Under the pieces are notes generated by a model. That model did no database searches. It was not told the DNA's origin and worked only from the letters and a program-made list of their open reading frames with translations. From assembly GCA_965648905.1 (NCBI GenBank), contig CBFGIT010000010.1:43914-107913 (forward strand): a stretch of DNA of 64,000 nucleotides. Direction: 5' to 3'. Positions 37,582 to 46,216 of this stretch are shown here, one piece after another. This DNA is from a candidate division WOR-3 bacterium. GTDB lineage: Bacteria > Hydrothermota > Tepidihabitantia > Tepidihabitantales > Tepidihabitantaceae. A program made the position numbers and the translations under genes. Positions within the stretch are counted from its first letter, which is position 1, and every line of letters starts with the position of its first letter.

Positions 37582-39692
37582 GCGCGGCTGCATACGAAAC
37601 ACATGCTCGAATCGGCGGAAGCCCGGTCGAAGTCTGGGGTCCAGCTTTTCGGGTCTCGGCGGACGACATCCAGCACGTTCAGCATGAGTTTGGACCTCCT
37701 TACGACTTCAGGACGCGGGAACGCGAAGCCTTCCTGCAATCCATGAAAACCCAAGACGTCGTCGCCTGCGCCGGAAGCGGCAAGACGACTCTCTTGGCCG
37801 CGAAGCTGGGGATACTTGCAGATAAGTGGCCGTTCTCACACCGAGGAATCGCGGTTCTGTCACATACGAACGCGGCGCGAGAGGTCGTCGAGGACAAGCT
37901 TTCGGCAGCCGAAGCCCATGACCTCACCAGCTATCCTCATTTCGTAGGCACCATTCAGAGCTTCGTTGACCGGTTCCTCGCCATCCCGGCCTGCATCGAG
38001 TACTTTGGACATCGGCCCACTCCCGACGACGACAAGCTGTGCCGTACCCTGCGGGGAATCTACGATCGTCGCCGGGGCGAACTCAAGGCAGCCGCAGTGC
38101 ACGTGCGACAGCGATGCAAGAAGGACAGTCTCTACGCCGAGAGGTTCTTTCGCGGACTCCAGTACCAGTACAAGGGCGGCGACCTGTGGCTGCCGATAGT
38201 GAGAAAGTCCAAAGGCGGCAGGGCGCACTACCGGACTGAGTCGAACACCTATCGACAATTCTGCAGCATCAAGGAAGAAGCACAAAGCGCCGGCGTCTGG
38301 GGCTTCCGCGACATGTTCGCCCTGGCGGAGAAGTACATCGCGGACTGCCCGCGGGTCGCGGAGCTACTCAGATGGCGCTTCCCGCTCGTCTTCATTGATG
38401 AAATGCAGGACACATCGGCTGCGCAGTGGCGGCTGCTGGACTCGTTGTTCGGAGGTGATGTAGTCGTGCAGCGGCTTGGTGACCCGAACCAGCAGATTCT
38501 GGCGGACGATGAAAACCCTGACGAAGAGACGACTGGGTCGGAGTTTCCTCGTAATGACTGCCTTACCCTACCGTACTCGCTCAGGCTGAGCCGCTCTATC
38601 GCCAAGCTCGCGCAGAGCGTTGCCGTGAGACAGACCGTCCTTGTCGGGTGCAGCAATCGCAGAGATGACCTGCCGCATACTGTGTTCCTGTTCGACAAGT
38701 CAAGCGTCTCACGCGTGCTGGAGGAGTATGCACGTCTTGTCCTCCGCGGTTTCACCGACGAAGACCTAGCCGACCATGAGAATAGAGTCGTGGCCATCGG
38801 CGCGGTGCAGCGTCGCGGAAGAGATGACACAAACTTCCCGTATTCGCTCTGCGACTACTGGGACAAGTACGAACCCAAGACAGAAGGTCCTGCCGAGAGG
38901 CTGGCGTGTCTCGGCGACTACGTGCTTGCCGGCGAGGACGAAATGCTCGCCGACGGCGATTGCGAGCACGTCCTGGACAGGATGATGGAAGGCCTTGCCG
39001 AACTCCTGCGCCGCAACGGTACACCGCATCCTCAATCGAAGAAGCCCTTCACCCTCTCGTCTTTGACCGACTTCCTACGGGAAACACAAAGTGTGGAGTT
39101 CCTCGAAATGAAAGACGCCATGTTCAGGCGCTACCGGGCGGCAGAACGAGCCACGAGCGTGAACGTAGAGAAACTCAGCGAGTGGACGCGCCGTTCACTC
39201 TTGGCGTTGACTGGCGGCAGGTGGAACAAGGAGGCGCGGGCGTTCCTGGAAGGCAAAGCAACACCGCGGATGAGTGGTCATGCTCCCACGGGCACTTCCT
39301 CAAGTCTGCAGAACGAGTACGAGTACAAGGAGGAAGGACGGAGTGTGTCGGTTTCCGTGGGCACCATTCACTCGGAGAAGGGCAAGACGCACCTGGCCAC
39401 GTTGGTCCTACAAACCCACTGTTTTGAGCAGGACCTTCCTATCGTACTGCCTTGGATTGTCGGCAGGCGCGAGAGGAAGCCGAAGATACGCACGGCGATG
39501 CATGTTCGTCGTGCCCACGTCGCAATGACGCGGCCCAAGGAGCTGCTCTGCCTCGCCCTCTGCAAGGACACACTACCCGCTGGATTCGACACGTGCTGCC
39601 TCAATGCACGTGGCTGGCGCATCACCGACCTCACAACAGGACGGCCCGAGAGCGAGGAAGACCCCGTTAACGCAGGCGGCGATGACTCCTAG
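37578..39692 (+). CDS. UvrD-like helicase (GajB-like)
   Basis: ACAGSGKTT, LSHTNAA, GTIQSF, FIDEMQD, LGDPNQQI, TIHSEKG, VAMTRP; overlaps the OLD gene stop. Confidence 0.9.
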   Translation: MSAAAYETHARIGGSPVEVWGPAFRVSADDIQHVQHEFGPPYDFRTREREAFLQSMKTQDVVACAGSGKTTLLAAKLGILADKWPFSHRGIAVLSHTNAAREVVEDKLSAAEAHDLTSYPHFVGTIQSFVDRFLAIPACIEYFGHRPTPDDDKLCRTLRGIYDRRRGELKAAAVHVRQRCKKDSLYAERFFRGLQYQYKGGDLWLPIVRKSKGGRAHYRTESNTYRQFCSIKEEAQSAGVWGFRDMFALAEKYIADCPRVAELLRWRFPLVFIDEMQDTSAAQWRLLDSLFGGDVVVQRLGDPNQQILADDENPDEETTGSEFPRNDCLTLPYSLRLSRSIAKLAQSVAVRQTVLVGCSNRRDDLPHTVFLFDKSSVSRVLEEYARLVLRGFTDEDLADHENRVVAIGAVQRRGRDDTNFPYSLCDYWDKYEPKTEGPAERLACLGDYVLAGEDEMLADGDCEHVLDRMMEGLAELLRRNGTPHPQSKKPFTLSSLTDFLRETQSVEFLEMKDAMFRRYRAAERATSVNVEKLSEWTRRSLLALTGGRWNKEARAFLEGKATPRMSGHAPTGTSSSLQNEYEYKEEGRSVSVSVGTIHSEKGKTHLATLVLQTHCFEQDLPIVLPWIVGRRERKPKIRTAMHVRRAHVAMTRPKELLCLALCKDTLPAGFDTCCLNARGWRITDLTTGRPESEEDPVNAGGDDS

Positions 39693-40410
39693 CCACGGCG
39701 TCGGACGGGGTCGATGCTGGGCGTACGCGCTGTACGCGGGCCTGGCAAGCATGCTGAGCCAGCTTGGTCATGTCTGGGTGTACGCCGCTCGCGGAGGACA
39801 CGAACTGCGAACTTGGCGCAGCACCGTGATACCTATCAGCACCGGCATATGGGGCTCAGTCCTGTTTCTGCTGATGTCTGTCGCCGTCAGCCTGCGAGTG
39901 TTGCCTTCCCTGTATCGGCAGAAGCCCAGCGTCATGTTGACTTGGGGAATGGTCTACATGCTGGGCATGGGCTCACTGTCGCAGCTTGTCTTCTCCAGTC
40001 TGATGCGGGTGGCATACGAGGTTTCCTTCTACGCTGTCGTGGTAGCGTCGATGTTCGTGGTGCGGTTCTTCACGTCCGATAAGGCACTGAGCATGAATCT
40101 GCAAGGTACGACTCACTCACAACGACTCTGGCACCTGGCGAGGACCCTCATTCCTGTCAGCGCGGCGTGGCCCGTTGCAGTTCTTGGCATCAGCATGATA
40201 AGGGACTTCTACCCGGGCGAACCGGAGGTAGCCAAGGCCCAGCTCTACAGGCACGCCATCATGGCCGTCCTCACGGTTGTTGGTTTGCTCGCGTTCGTTA
40301 TCCTCCCGATTCTGGCCCGAATCGTGGAAAGCGAGGTGGGCGAGGCTGACGATGGAGTTGAGGAAGTGTCGACGAGACAGGCAGACAAAGACGATGCACG
40401 GCAAGCTTGA
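39682..40410 (+). CDS. Hypothetical multi-pass membrane protein
   Basis: About six hydrophobic segments; ATG 39682 overlaps the end of the UvrD gene. Confidence 0.6.
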   Translation: MTPSHGVGRGRCWAYALYAGLASMLSQLGHVWVYAARGGHELRTWRSTVIPISTGIWGSVLFLLMSVAVSLRVLPSLYRQKPSVMLTWGMVYMLGMGSLSQLVFSSLMRVAYEVSFYAVVVASMFVVRFFTSDKALSMNLQGTTHSQRLWHLARTLIPVSAAWPVAVLGISMIRDFYPGEPEVAKAQLYRHAIMAVLTVVGLLAFVILPILARIVESEVGEADDGVEEVSTRQADKDDARQA

Positions 40411-40439
40411 GCTGACCTGGGTCGGGAAGGATGAGCGGC
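40394..40439 (+). repeat. Direct-repeat copy of the first 46 bp of mod
   Basis: Matches 41879-41924 at 44 of 46 positions (MHGKLELTWVGKDER vs MRGKLELTWVGKDER). Confidence 0.92.
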
Positions 40440-40442
40440 AAA

Positions 40443-40491
40443 GAGGAGTGAGGACTGAGGAACGAGGACTGAGGACTGAAGACGGAGGAAG
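40443..40491 (+). repeat. GAGGAxT heptamer array
   Basis: gaggagt gaggact gaggaac gaggact gaggact gaagacg gaggaag. Confidence 0.85.
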
Positions 40492-40552
40492 CTGGACGAT
40501 GAGCCGCGAGGCGGGAAGCCGAACTTGACCGTATGAACTTATAGGTTAATAT

Positions 40553-40933
40553 ATGCTGAGTCTCAGGCTCTTGGAGTCCGGGCCGGCCCGGGATGTCTAC
40601 GCGCTGGCGGTCGGCGACCGGTGTGAGGTAACTCAGTTCATTGCCGGGCTTGACGTTCGGGCAAGGCAGCACCTGTTCCATGCCTTTGAGCGCCTGGCAC
40701 AGACCGGATGGGCCGGGCAGAGTGGGACCGTGTTCAAGCGCTTGGTAGCCGACGTGTACGAAATCAAGGAGCACGTCTCGAACAGCCGGGTGTTCTGCTT
40801 CCTTGAGGGACGGCGCGTAGTCGTCTGTACCCATGCGCGTACGAAGCCGGCCGGTAAGGCCAGATACCGGGACGAGATTGAGAAAGTGAGGTCGTGGCGG
40901 GCGCGTTGCATCGCCGCAGGAGTACTATCATGA
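40553..40933 (+). CDS. RelE/ParE-superfamily (Gp49-like) toxin
   Basis: FKRL..DVYEIK....SRVFCF.....VVVCTHA..K pattern; toxin-first order with an HTH gene. Confidence 0.75.
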   Translation: MLSLRLLESGPARDVYALAVGDRCEVTQFIAGLDVRARQHLFHAFERLAQTGWAGQSGTVFKRLVADVYEIKEHVSNSRVFCFLEGRRVVVCTHARTKPAGKARYRDEIEKVRSWRARCIAAGVLS

Positions 40934-41364
40934 TTGAACGAGACAATTGGTATGAAGCACAGAGGGCGGAGTTCGACAACGACCCGGACTACTGGGCCGA
41001 GGCACTGAAGCTCGACTTTGCCGAGGAGGTCGGGCGGTTGATGGAAGAGCAGAAGGTCAGCCGGGCCGAGCTGGCCCGCAGGCTTGGGACTTCTCCAGCC
41101 TACGTCACCAAGATTCTGCACTGGACCGCGAACCTGACCCTGCAGAGCATGTCCAAGATAGCCCTTGCGTTCGACTCCCGCGTCGTGCTTGCAGTGGCAC
41201 CAAAGGACGCCCCGCTGGGAACAAGGCCCGCCCGAGCGCGGATTCCTGCCCGCCGCACGCGCCGGCACGAGTTCGCTGCCGCCGACCTTCCTACCCGCTC
41301 CGGGCGCAACGAGTTCATCGCGTCCGACAAACCTGTCCGCGCGAAGAAGAATAGCAAGGAATGA
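40930..41364 (+). CDS. XRE/HTH antitoxin
   Basis: VSRAELARRLGTSPAYVTKIL...NLTLQSM; ATGA overlap with the toxin stop. Confidence 0.85.
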   Translation: MIERDNWYEAQRAEFDNDPDYWAEALKLDFAEEVGRLMEEQKVSRAELARRLGTSPAYVTKILHWTANLTLQSMSKIALAFDSRVVLAVAPKDAPLGTRPARARIPARRTRRHEFAAADLPTRSGRNEFIASDKPVRAKKNSKE

Positions 41365-41403
41365 GGAGTGAGGAATGAGGAATGAGGAGTGAGGAACGAG
41401 GAT
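41357..41403 (+). repeat. GAGGA(A/G)T heptamer array upstream of the four-helix-bundle gene
   Basis: aggaat gaggagt gaggaat gaggaat gaggagt gaggaac gaggat. Confidence 0.9.
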
Positions 41404-41758
41404 GAAGGAGAGGACGAAGGAGTTCGCTCTGAGGGTCGTTCGGCTCTACGCGTCGTTGCCCAAGTCCGTAATCGCCCAGACGCTGGGCAAGCAGGTACTG
41501 CGGTCTGGCACGTCGGTCGGCGCGCACTACCGGGAAGCAGTCCGCAGCCGGTCGGACGCCGAGTATATCAGCAAGGTAGAGGGCGCGTTGCAGGAGCTTG
41601 AGGAGACCGCGTACTGGCTCGAACTACTGGCCGACTCGGGAGCCTGCACGGCGGAGACCGTAGCGGCCCTGCGCCACGAGGCCGACGAGCTTACGGCCAT
41701 GCTCGTAGCCTGCGCCAAGAAAGCGAAGGTGAAGAGAGGAATGAGGAGTGAGGAATGA
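41402..41758 (+). CDS. Four helix bundle protein (23S rRNA intervening-sequence protein / Avd-like family)
   Basis: ERTKEFALRVV...QVLRSGTSVGAHYREA..SRS.AEYISK....QELEET.YWLELL. Confidence 0.9.
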   Translation: MKERTKEFALRVVRLYASLPKSVIAQTLGKQVLRSGTSVGAHYREAVRSRSDAEYISKVEGALQELEETAYWLELLADSGACTAETVAALRHEADELTAMLVACAKKAKVKRGMRSEE

Positions 41759-41811
41759 GGAGTGAGGAATGAGGAGTGAGGAATGAGGAGTGAACAATGA
41801 GGAATGAGGAC
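41736..41811 (+). repeat. GAGGA(A/G)T heptamer array downstream of the four-helix-bundle gene
   Basis: About 10 alternating gaggaat/gaggagt units. Confidence 0.9.
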
Positions 41812-41878
41812 GAGAAAGCGAGGTGGCGAAGTCGGCGTTTCCTCTGTCTTCCATCCTCCATCTTCCTTCCTTTGGCTG

Positions 41879-43489
41879 ATGCGCGGCAAGCTTGAGTTGA
41901 CCTGGGTCGGGAAGGATGAGCGGCCGAGGCTGGAGCCGCGCGTCCTTGTCGAGGACCCGTCCAAGTCCTACGGCGACCCCGCTTCGGAGAACATGCTCAT
42001 CTTCGGCGACAACCTGCTCGCGCTCAAGGCGCTGGAGCAGGACTTCGCCGGCCGCATCAAGTGCATCTACATTGACCCGCCATTCAACACCGGTCAGGCA
42101 TTCGAGCACTACGAGGATGGCTTGGAGCACTCCATCTGGCTTTCCTTGATGCGCCAAAGACTTGAGGCACTACGGACGCTGCTCTCAGAAGATGGCACGA
42201 TATTCATCCACATCGACGACAACGAGTTGGGGTACCTGCTGGTGCTAGCGGACGAGATCTTCGGCCGGACGAACCGAGCCTACGTGGTCACGTTCAAACA
42301 GGGGGCAGCGACCGGCCACAAGGCTATCAACCCAGGTTGCGTCAACACCTCAAACTTCGTGCTCATTTACGCGAAGCGCAAGGAGAAGTGGGCCTGCAAC
42401 CGTGTTTTCACGGGGAGGGACAGGGACAGGCGGTATGGGCAGTTCATTGTGAACCGCGGAGAGCCGTATTCGAAGTGGCGTTTCACGACCCTCCGCAAGG
42501 CGTTCGCGTCCGCGCACCCGGATGCGCCCAAAGATGACGAAGCCGAGTCTATACTCGACCAGTTTGTCCTTGACCACGCAGAGTCCGTCATTCAGCTGGC
42601 TCGTCCAAGCTATAAAGGTGTAGGCGCAGCTACGCGCAAGGTCATCGACGCGTCGGCCGCGGCTCCGCAGCGGGTCTTTTACTTGCAGCGGGAAGGCTAC
42701 CCCGACATGTACTTCCTCAAAGGCATGCGCATCCTGTTCTACTCCGACAAGGTCAAGTACATAGATGGCCAGCCTGTCGCAGGTGAACCGCTGACGACCA
42801 TCTGGGATGACATCCTATCGAATAACCTACACCAGGAGGGAGGCGTGGTTCTGCCTAAGGGCAAGAAGCCCGAGGGCCTCATCAAGCGCGTTCTCGACCT
42901 TGCCACTCAGAGGGGCGAGTGGGTGCTGGACAGCTTCGGCGGCAGCGGGACAACCGCGGCCGTTGCACACAAGATGGGCAGACGGTGGATCACGGTCGAG
43001 CTCGGTGAGCAGTGTGATACCCTCATAGTGCCAAGGCTGCGGCGTGTCATCGACGGCGCGGACGACAGCGGCGTTACCAAGGCCGTGGGCTGGAAGGGCG
43101 GAGGCGGGTTCAAGTATTATCGGCTGGCCGAGACGCTCCTGGTACGGGACCCTGATTTGTCGGCCAAGGGGCATCCGGTCTACATCATCAATCCGCGCTA
43201 CGATGAGAAGATGCTGATTCGGGCCATCTGCAAGATTGAGGGGTTCCGGTATCGGAATGAGGGCCGGTTGCATGGGGTGTCGAGCGAGAACCGGTTCCTG
43301 CACGTGACCACGCAACTGCTGACGCAGGGTTACCTCGATTCGCTGGCCTCAGACCTGCGCCTTGGGCAGTCCCTCCTAGTCTACTGCACGCGCCGAAGTC
43401 GAAACCTGGCCGTGCCGGACAACATCGAGGTCAAGAAGATTCCCCGCGACCTCCTCGCCAAGTGCGACTATGAGGAGGACAAACGATGA
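41879..43489 (+). CDS. mod: Type III R-M adenine DNA methyltransferase (Mod)
   Basis: KLELTWVGK, GDNLLALK, IYIDPPFNTG, KKPE.LI, LDSFGGSGTT. Confidence 0.93.
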   Translation: MRGKLELTWVGKDERPRLEPRVLVEDPSKSYGDPASENMLIFGDNLLALKALEQDFAGRIKCIYIDPPFNTGQAFEHYEDGLEHSIWLSLMRQRLEALRTLLSEDGTIFIHIDDNELGYLLVLADEIFGRTNRAYVVTFKQGAATGHKAINPGCVNTSNFVLIYAKRKEKWACNRVFTGRDRDRRYGQFIVNRGEPYSKWRFTTLRKAFASAHPDAPKDDEAESILDQFVLDHAESVIQLARPSYKGVGAATRKVIDASAAAPQRVFYLQREGYPDMYFLKGMRILFYSDKVKYIDGQPVAGEPLTTIWDDILSNNLHQEGGVVLPKGKKPEGLIKRVLDLATQRGEWVLDSFGGSGTTAAVAHKMGRRWITVELGEQCDTLIVPRLRRVIDGADDSGVTKAVGWKGGGGFKYYRLAETLLVRDPDLSAKGHPVYIINPRYDEKMLIRAICKIEGFRYRNEGRLHGVSSENRFLHVTTQLLTQGYLDSLASDLRLGQSLLVYCTRRSRNLAVPDNIEVKKIPRDLLAKCDYEEDKR

Positions 43490-46077
43490 GTCTCTCTGAG
43501 CAGGTCGCCCGCTACATGAGCCTGCGTGAGCCGCAGGCTGAGGCGCTTTCGGTGCTTGAGAGCATCAGCGAGGGACTGGACTACAGGTCGGCGCAACTGG
43601 CGGCAGTGGCAGAAAAGGCGACCGGCCTGAGTCGAGGCGCAAGGCCGGTCGAGTTCGACACCGAGTTTCCGTCGTTCTGCTTCGCCCTTGCGACCGGCGT
43701 GGGTAAGACGCGGCTGATGGGCGCGTGCGTGTATCACCTCTGGAAGTCAAAGGGCTACCGAAACTTCTTCATCCTCGCCCCGGGCATGACCATCTACGAC
43801 AAGCTGCGGGCCGAGCTTGAGCCGAGCCACCCGAAGTACATGTTCGTGGGCTTGTCCGACTTCCCCGCGCCTGCGGTGTATGACGGTGACAGCTACCTGC
43901 GGTTCGATGCCCGGCCCAGGCTATTCGAGGAGAAACAGGCGAACGTCTTTGTGTTCAACATCGGCAAGATATTCGCGCCGAAAACCGACCGCCAATTCAA
44001 GTTCCACCGGTTCAACGAGAACCTGGGCGCTGCATTCTCGGACGTACTGCGGCAGATGGGCGACCTGGTCGTGCTGATGGACGAGAGCCACCGGTATCGG
44101 GGCGAGGCGTCCCTCAAGGCAATCAACGACTTGAAGCCGGTGCTGGGGCTTGAGTTCACGGCCACGCCCAAGTACCAGAGGAACGTCATCTACTCATTCG
44201 GTCTGGCTCAGGCCATCGGCCGGTTCGTGAAGACGCCCACCGTTGTCACCCGCACGAACCTGACTACCTCTGACAAGCAGGAGATGGAGCGCCTGAAGCT
44301 CCAGGACGGCATGACCCGCCATGAGGCCAAGAAGGCGCGGCTGGCCGAGTACTGCGCGGCCGGCCGGAAGGAACTGGTCAAGCCGTTCGTGCTGGTCTCC
44401 ACCGCGGATACGGAACACGCCGGCAGGATACGCGCGCTCGTCGAGTCGGAGAGCTTCTGCGAAGGAAGATACAAGGGCAAGGTGATTGAGATACACTCCG
44501 GTAAGACCGGAGCGGAGAGCGATGAGAACGTACAGCGGTTGCTGGAGGTCGAACTCCCTACCAGCACGGTGGAGGTTGTGATTCACGTGAACATGCTCAA
44601 GGAGGGCTGGGACGTGAAGAACCTGTACACCATCGTGCCCTTGCGAGCGTCAGTGAGCGATATTCTGACTGAACAGACCATCGGTCGCGGATTGCGACTG
44701 CCGTTCGGCACGCCAACCGGCATTCAGGACCTTGATGAATTGGAGATAATGTCGCACGACAACTACGCGAAGCTCATTGAGGCAGCTAAGGGGAGTCCGC
44801 TGTTTCACTTCAAGGAGCTTCCACCCGAAGACTTGCGCCCGGTGAAGACCGTGCAGGTGCAGCATGGATTCCTGGACCTGGATAAGGTGTTGGATAGAGC
44901 TGATGCGCTCGCCAACGATATCTTCACCGGTGACCTGCCGGTCGACGAGCGGATAGACACCGTGGTGGATGCCGTTGTCCGCGAGATGGCCGAAGCGCAC
45001 GAGATAAGAGCCAGAGCGCACGAAGCCGGTGTAGAACCTGTCGTAACGCCGGCGCAGGCCGAGATGTTCGCTCTGCCCGAGGCCCCGAAGCTGGGCGAGA
45101 AGTTCGACTCTGAGCAGGCGCGGGCGGCACTGACCAAACGGCTGACCATGTTCTTCGACAGGGCCATCCGCGTACCGCGCATTGACATGGAGGTTGTGAC
45201 CGAGCGAACACTCATGCCCTTCCTCGCAAAGGTGACTCGCGGGCCATTCTCGCTGGTGAAACAGCACCTGCAGACGGGCGTCCTCCCAACCGGAGAGGTC
45301 AGGCAAGGTGAGGAGGTTGAGGTTCTGGCGATAGACAACCCGCGCGGGTTCCTTGCCGGCAAGCTGATTGATGCCATTGAGGAGCTCGATGCGCCAGGCG
45401 ACAAGGAAGTCGCTCTGAGGCTGGTGGACGAATACATGGCCGGGATGGGGGCATCCGCAGAGGACTTGCCCAGGCTGGTGCACCTGTATCGGGACGTGAT
45501 AGTCGAGGACCTGCGCGGGCAGGTTGAGGCCCACCTGAAGGAGCACACAAACAGCAAGCCGGTTGTGAGGAGCGGATTCATCAAGTTCCGCCCATCAACG
45601 AAGGCCGTGTTGGAGAAGGACGGCATCAGGCAGTTCCGAGATGACGTGCCACGCGCCGACGTACCCAAGTATGCTTTCGAGGGGTACACAAAGACCATCT
45701 ACACCTTGGTGTCGTACGACTCAACACCGGAGAAGGACTTCGCGACTGCTTTGGAAGATGACCCGGAGGTCCTGAAGTGGGTTCGGCCGCCCGACGGCAA
45801 CATCCCGATACGCGCCGGCGGCAGCAACTACAACCCGGACTTCATAGTCGAGACTGCCGACCGGAAGTACATCGTTGAAGTCAAACGCCGGAGCGAACTG
45901 CTTCCGAAGATGGACGAAGAGGTTCGTCACAAGGCGCTGGCTGCGACCAGGTGGTGCGAGGTCGCGAGTGCCGTGCCCAACTCGAAGCCCTGGGAGTACA
46001 AGCTTATCCCCGACGACGTCATCCTCCCCGGTCGCAACTTCGCCTTCATCATCAGCCACGCCGTGAGGGGTTGGTAG
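43486..46077 (+). CDS. res: Type III R-M restriction subunit (Res)
   Basis: LATGVGKT, MDESHRY, FTATP, LKEGWDV, QTIGRGLR; C-terminal YNPDFIVE...IVEVK; ATGA overlap with mod. Confidence 0.92.
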   Translation: MSLSEQVARYMSLREPQAEALSVLESISEGLDYRSAQLAAVAEKATGLSRGARPVEFDTEFPSFCFALATGVGKTRLMGACVYHLWKSKGYRNFFILAPGMTIYDKLRAELEPSHPKYMFVGLSDFPAPAVYDGDSYLRFDARPRLFEEKQANVFVFNIGKIFAPKTDRQFKFHRFNENLGAAFSDVLRQMGDLVVLMDESHRYRGEASLKAINDLKPVLGLEFTATPKYQRNVIYSFGLAQAIGRFVKTPTVVTRTNLTTSDKQEMERLKLQDGMTRHEAKKARLAEYCAAGRKELVKPFVLVSTADTEHAGRIRALVESESFCEGRYKGKVIEIHSGKTGAESDENVQRLLEVELPTSTVEVVIHVNMLKEGWDVKNLYTIVPLRASVSDILTEQTIGRGLRLPFGTPTGIQDLDELEIMSHDNYAKLIEAAKGSPLFHFKELPPEDLRPVKTVQVQHGFLDLDKVLDRADALANDIFTGDLPVDERIDTVVDAVVREMAEAHEIRARAHEAGVEPVVTPAQAEMFALPEAPKLGEKFDSEQARAALTKRLTMFFDRAIRVPRIDMEVVTERTLMPFLAKVTRGPFSLVKQHLQTGVLPTGEVRQGEEVEVLAIDNPRGFLAGKLIDAIEELDAPGDKEVALRLVDEYMAGMGASAEDLPRLVHLYRDVIVEDLRGQVEAHLKEHTNSKPVVRSGFIKFRPSTKAVLEKDGIRQFRDDVPRADVPKYAFEGYTKTIYTLVSYDSTPEKDFATALEDDPEVLKWVRPPDGNIPIRAGGSNYNPDFIVETADRKYIVEVKRRSELLPKMDEEVRHKALAATRWCEVASAVPNSKPWEYKLIPDDVILPGRNFAFIISHAVRGW

Positions 46078-46216
46078 GTGAGAAACGGTGAGAAGGAAAC
46101 GGTGTCGCAACATGAAACCCTGCCAGCCCAGCGCCCGGCCCTCGTTCCCACTTCTGCCAGCCAGGGTGCCAATCTGACGAGCGAAGAGCAGTTTCTTCCC
46201 GAGGCAGTCTGAAGCT

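Noticed and set aside
41357..41811. CRISPR array or diversity-generating retroelement (Avd-like gene plus repeats)
   Set aside because: The repeats are spacer-less heptamers. There is no cas gene or reverse transcriptase in the window, and the 239-bp repeat pair elsewhere in the window does not show adenine-specific mismatches.
46078..46212. 44-codon GTG ORF filling the gap between res and the PHP-ATPase gene
   Set aside because: It has no motif or clear RBS, and an open frame of this length is expected by chance at this GC content.
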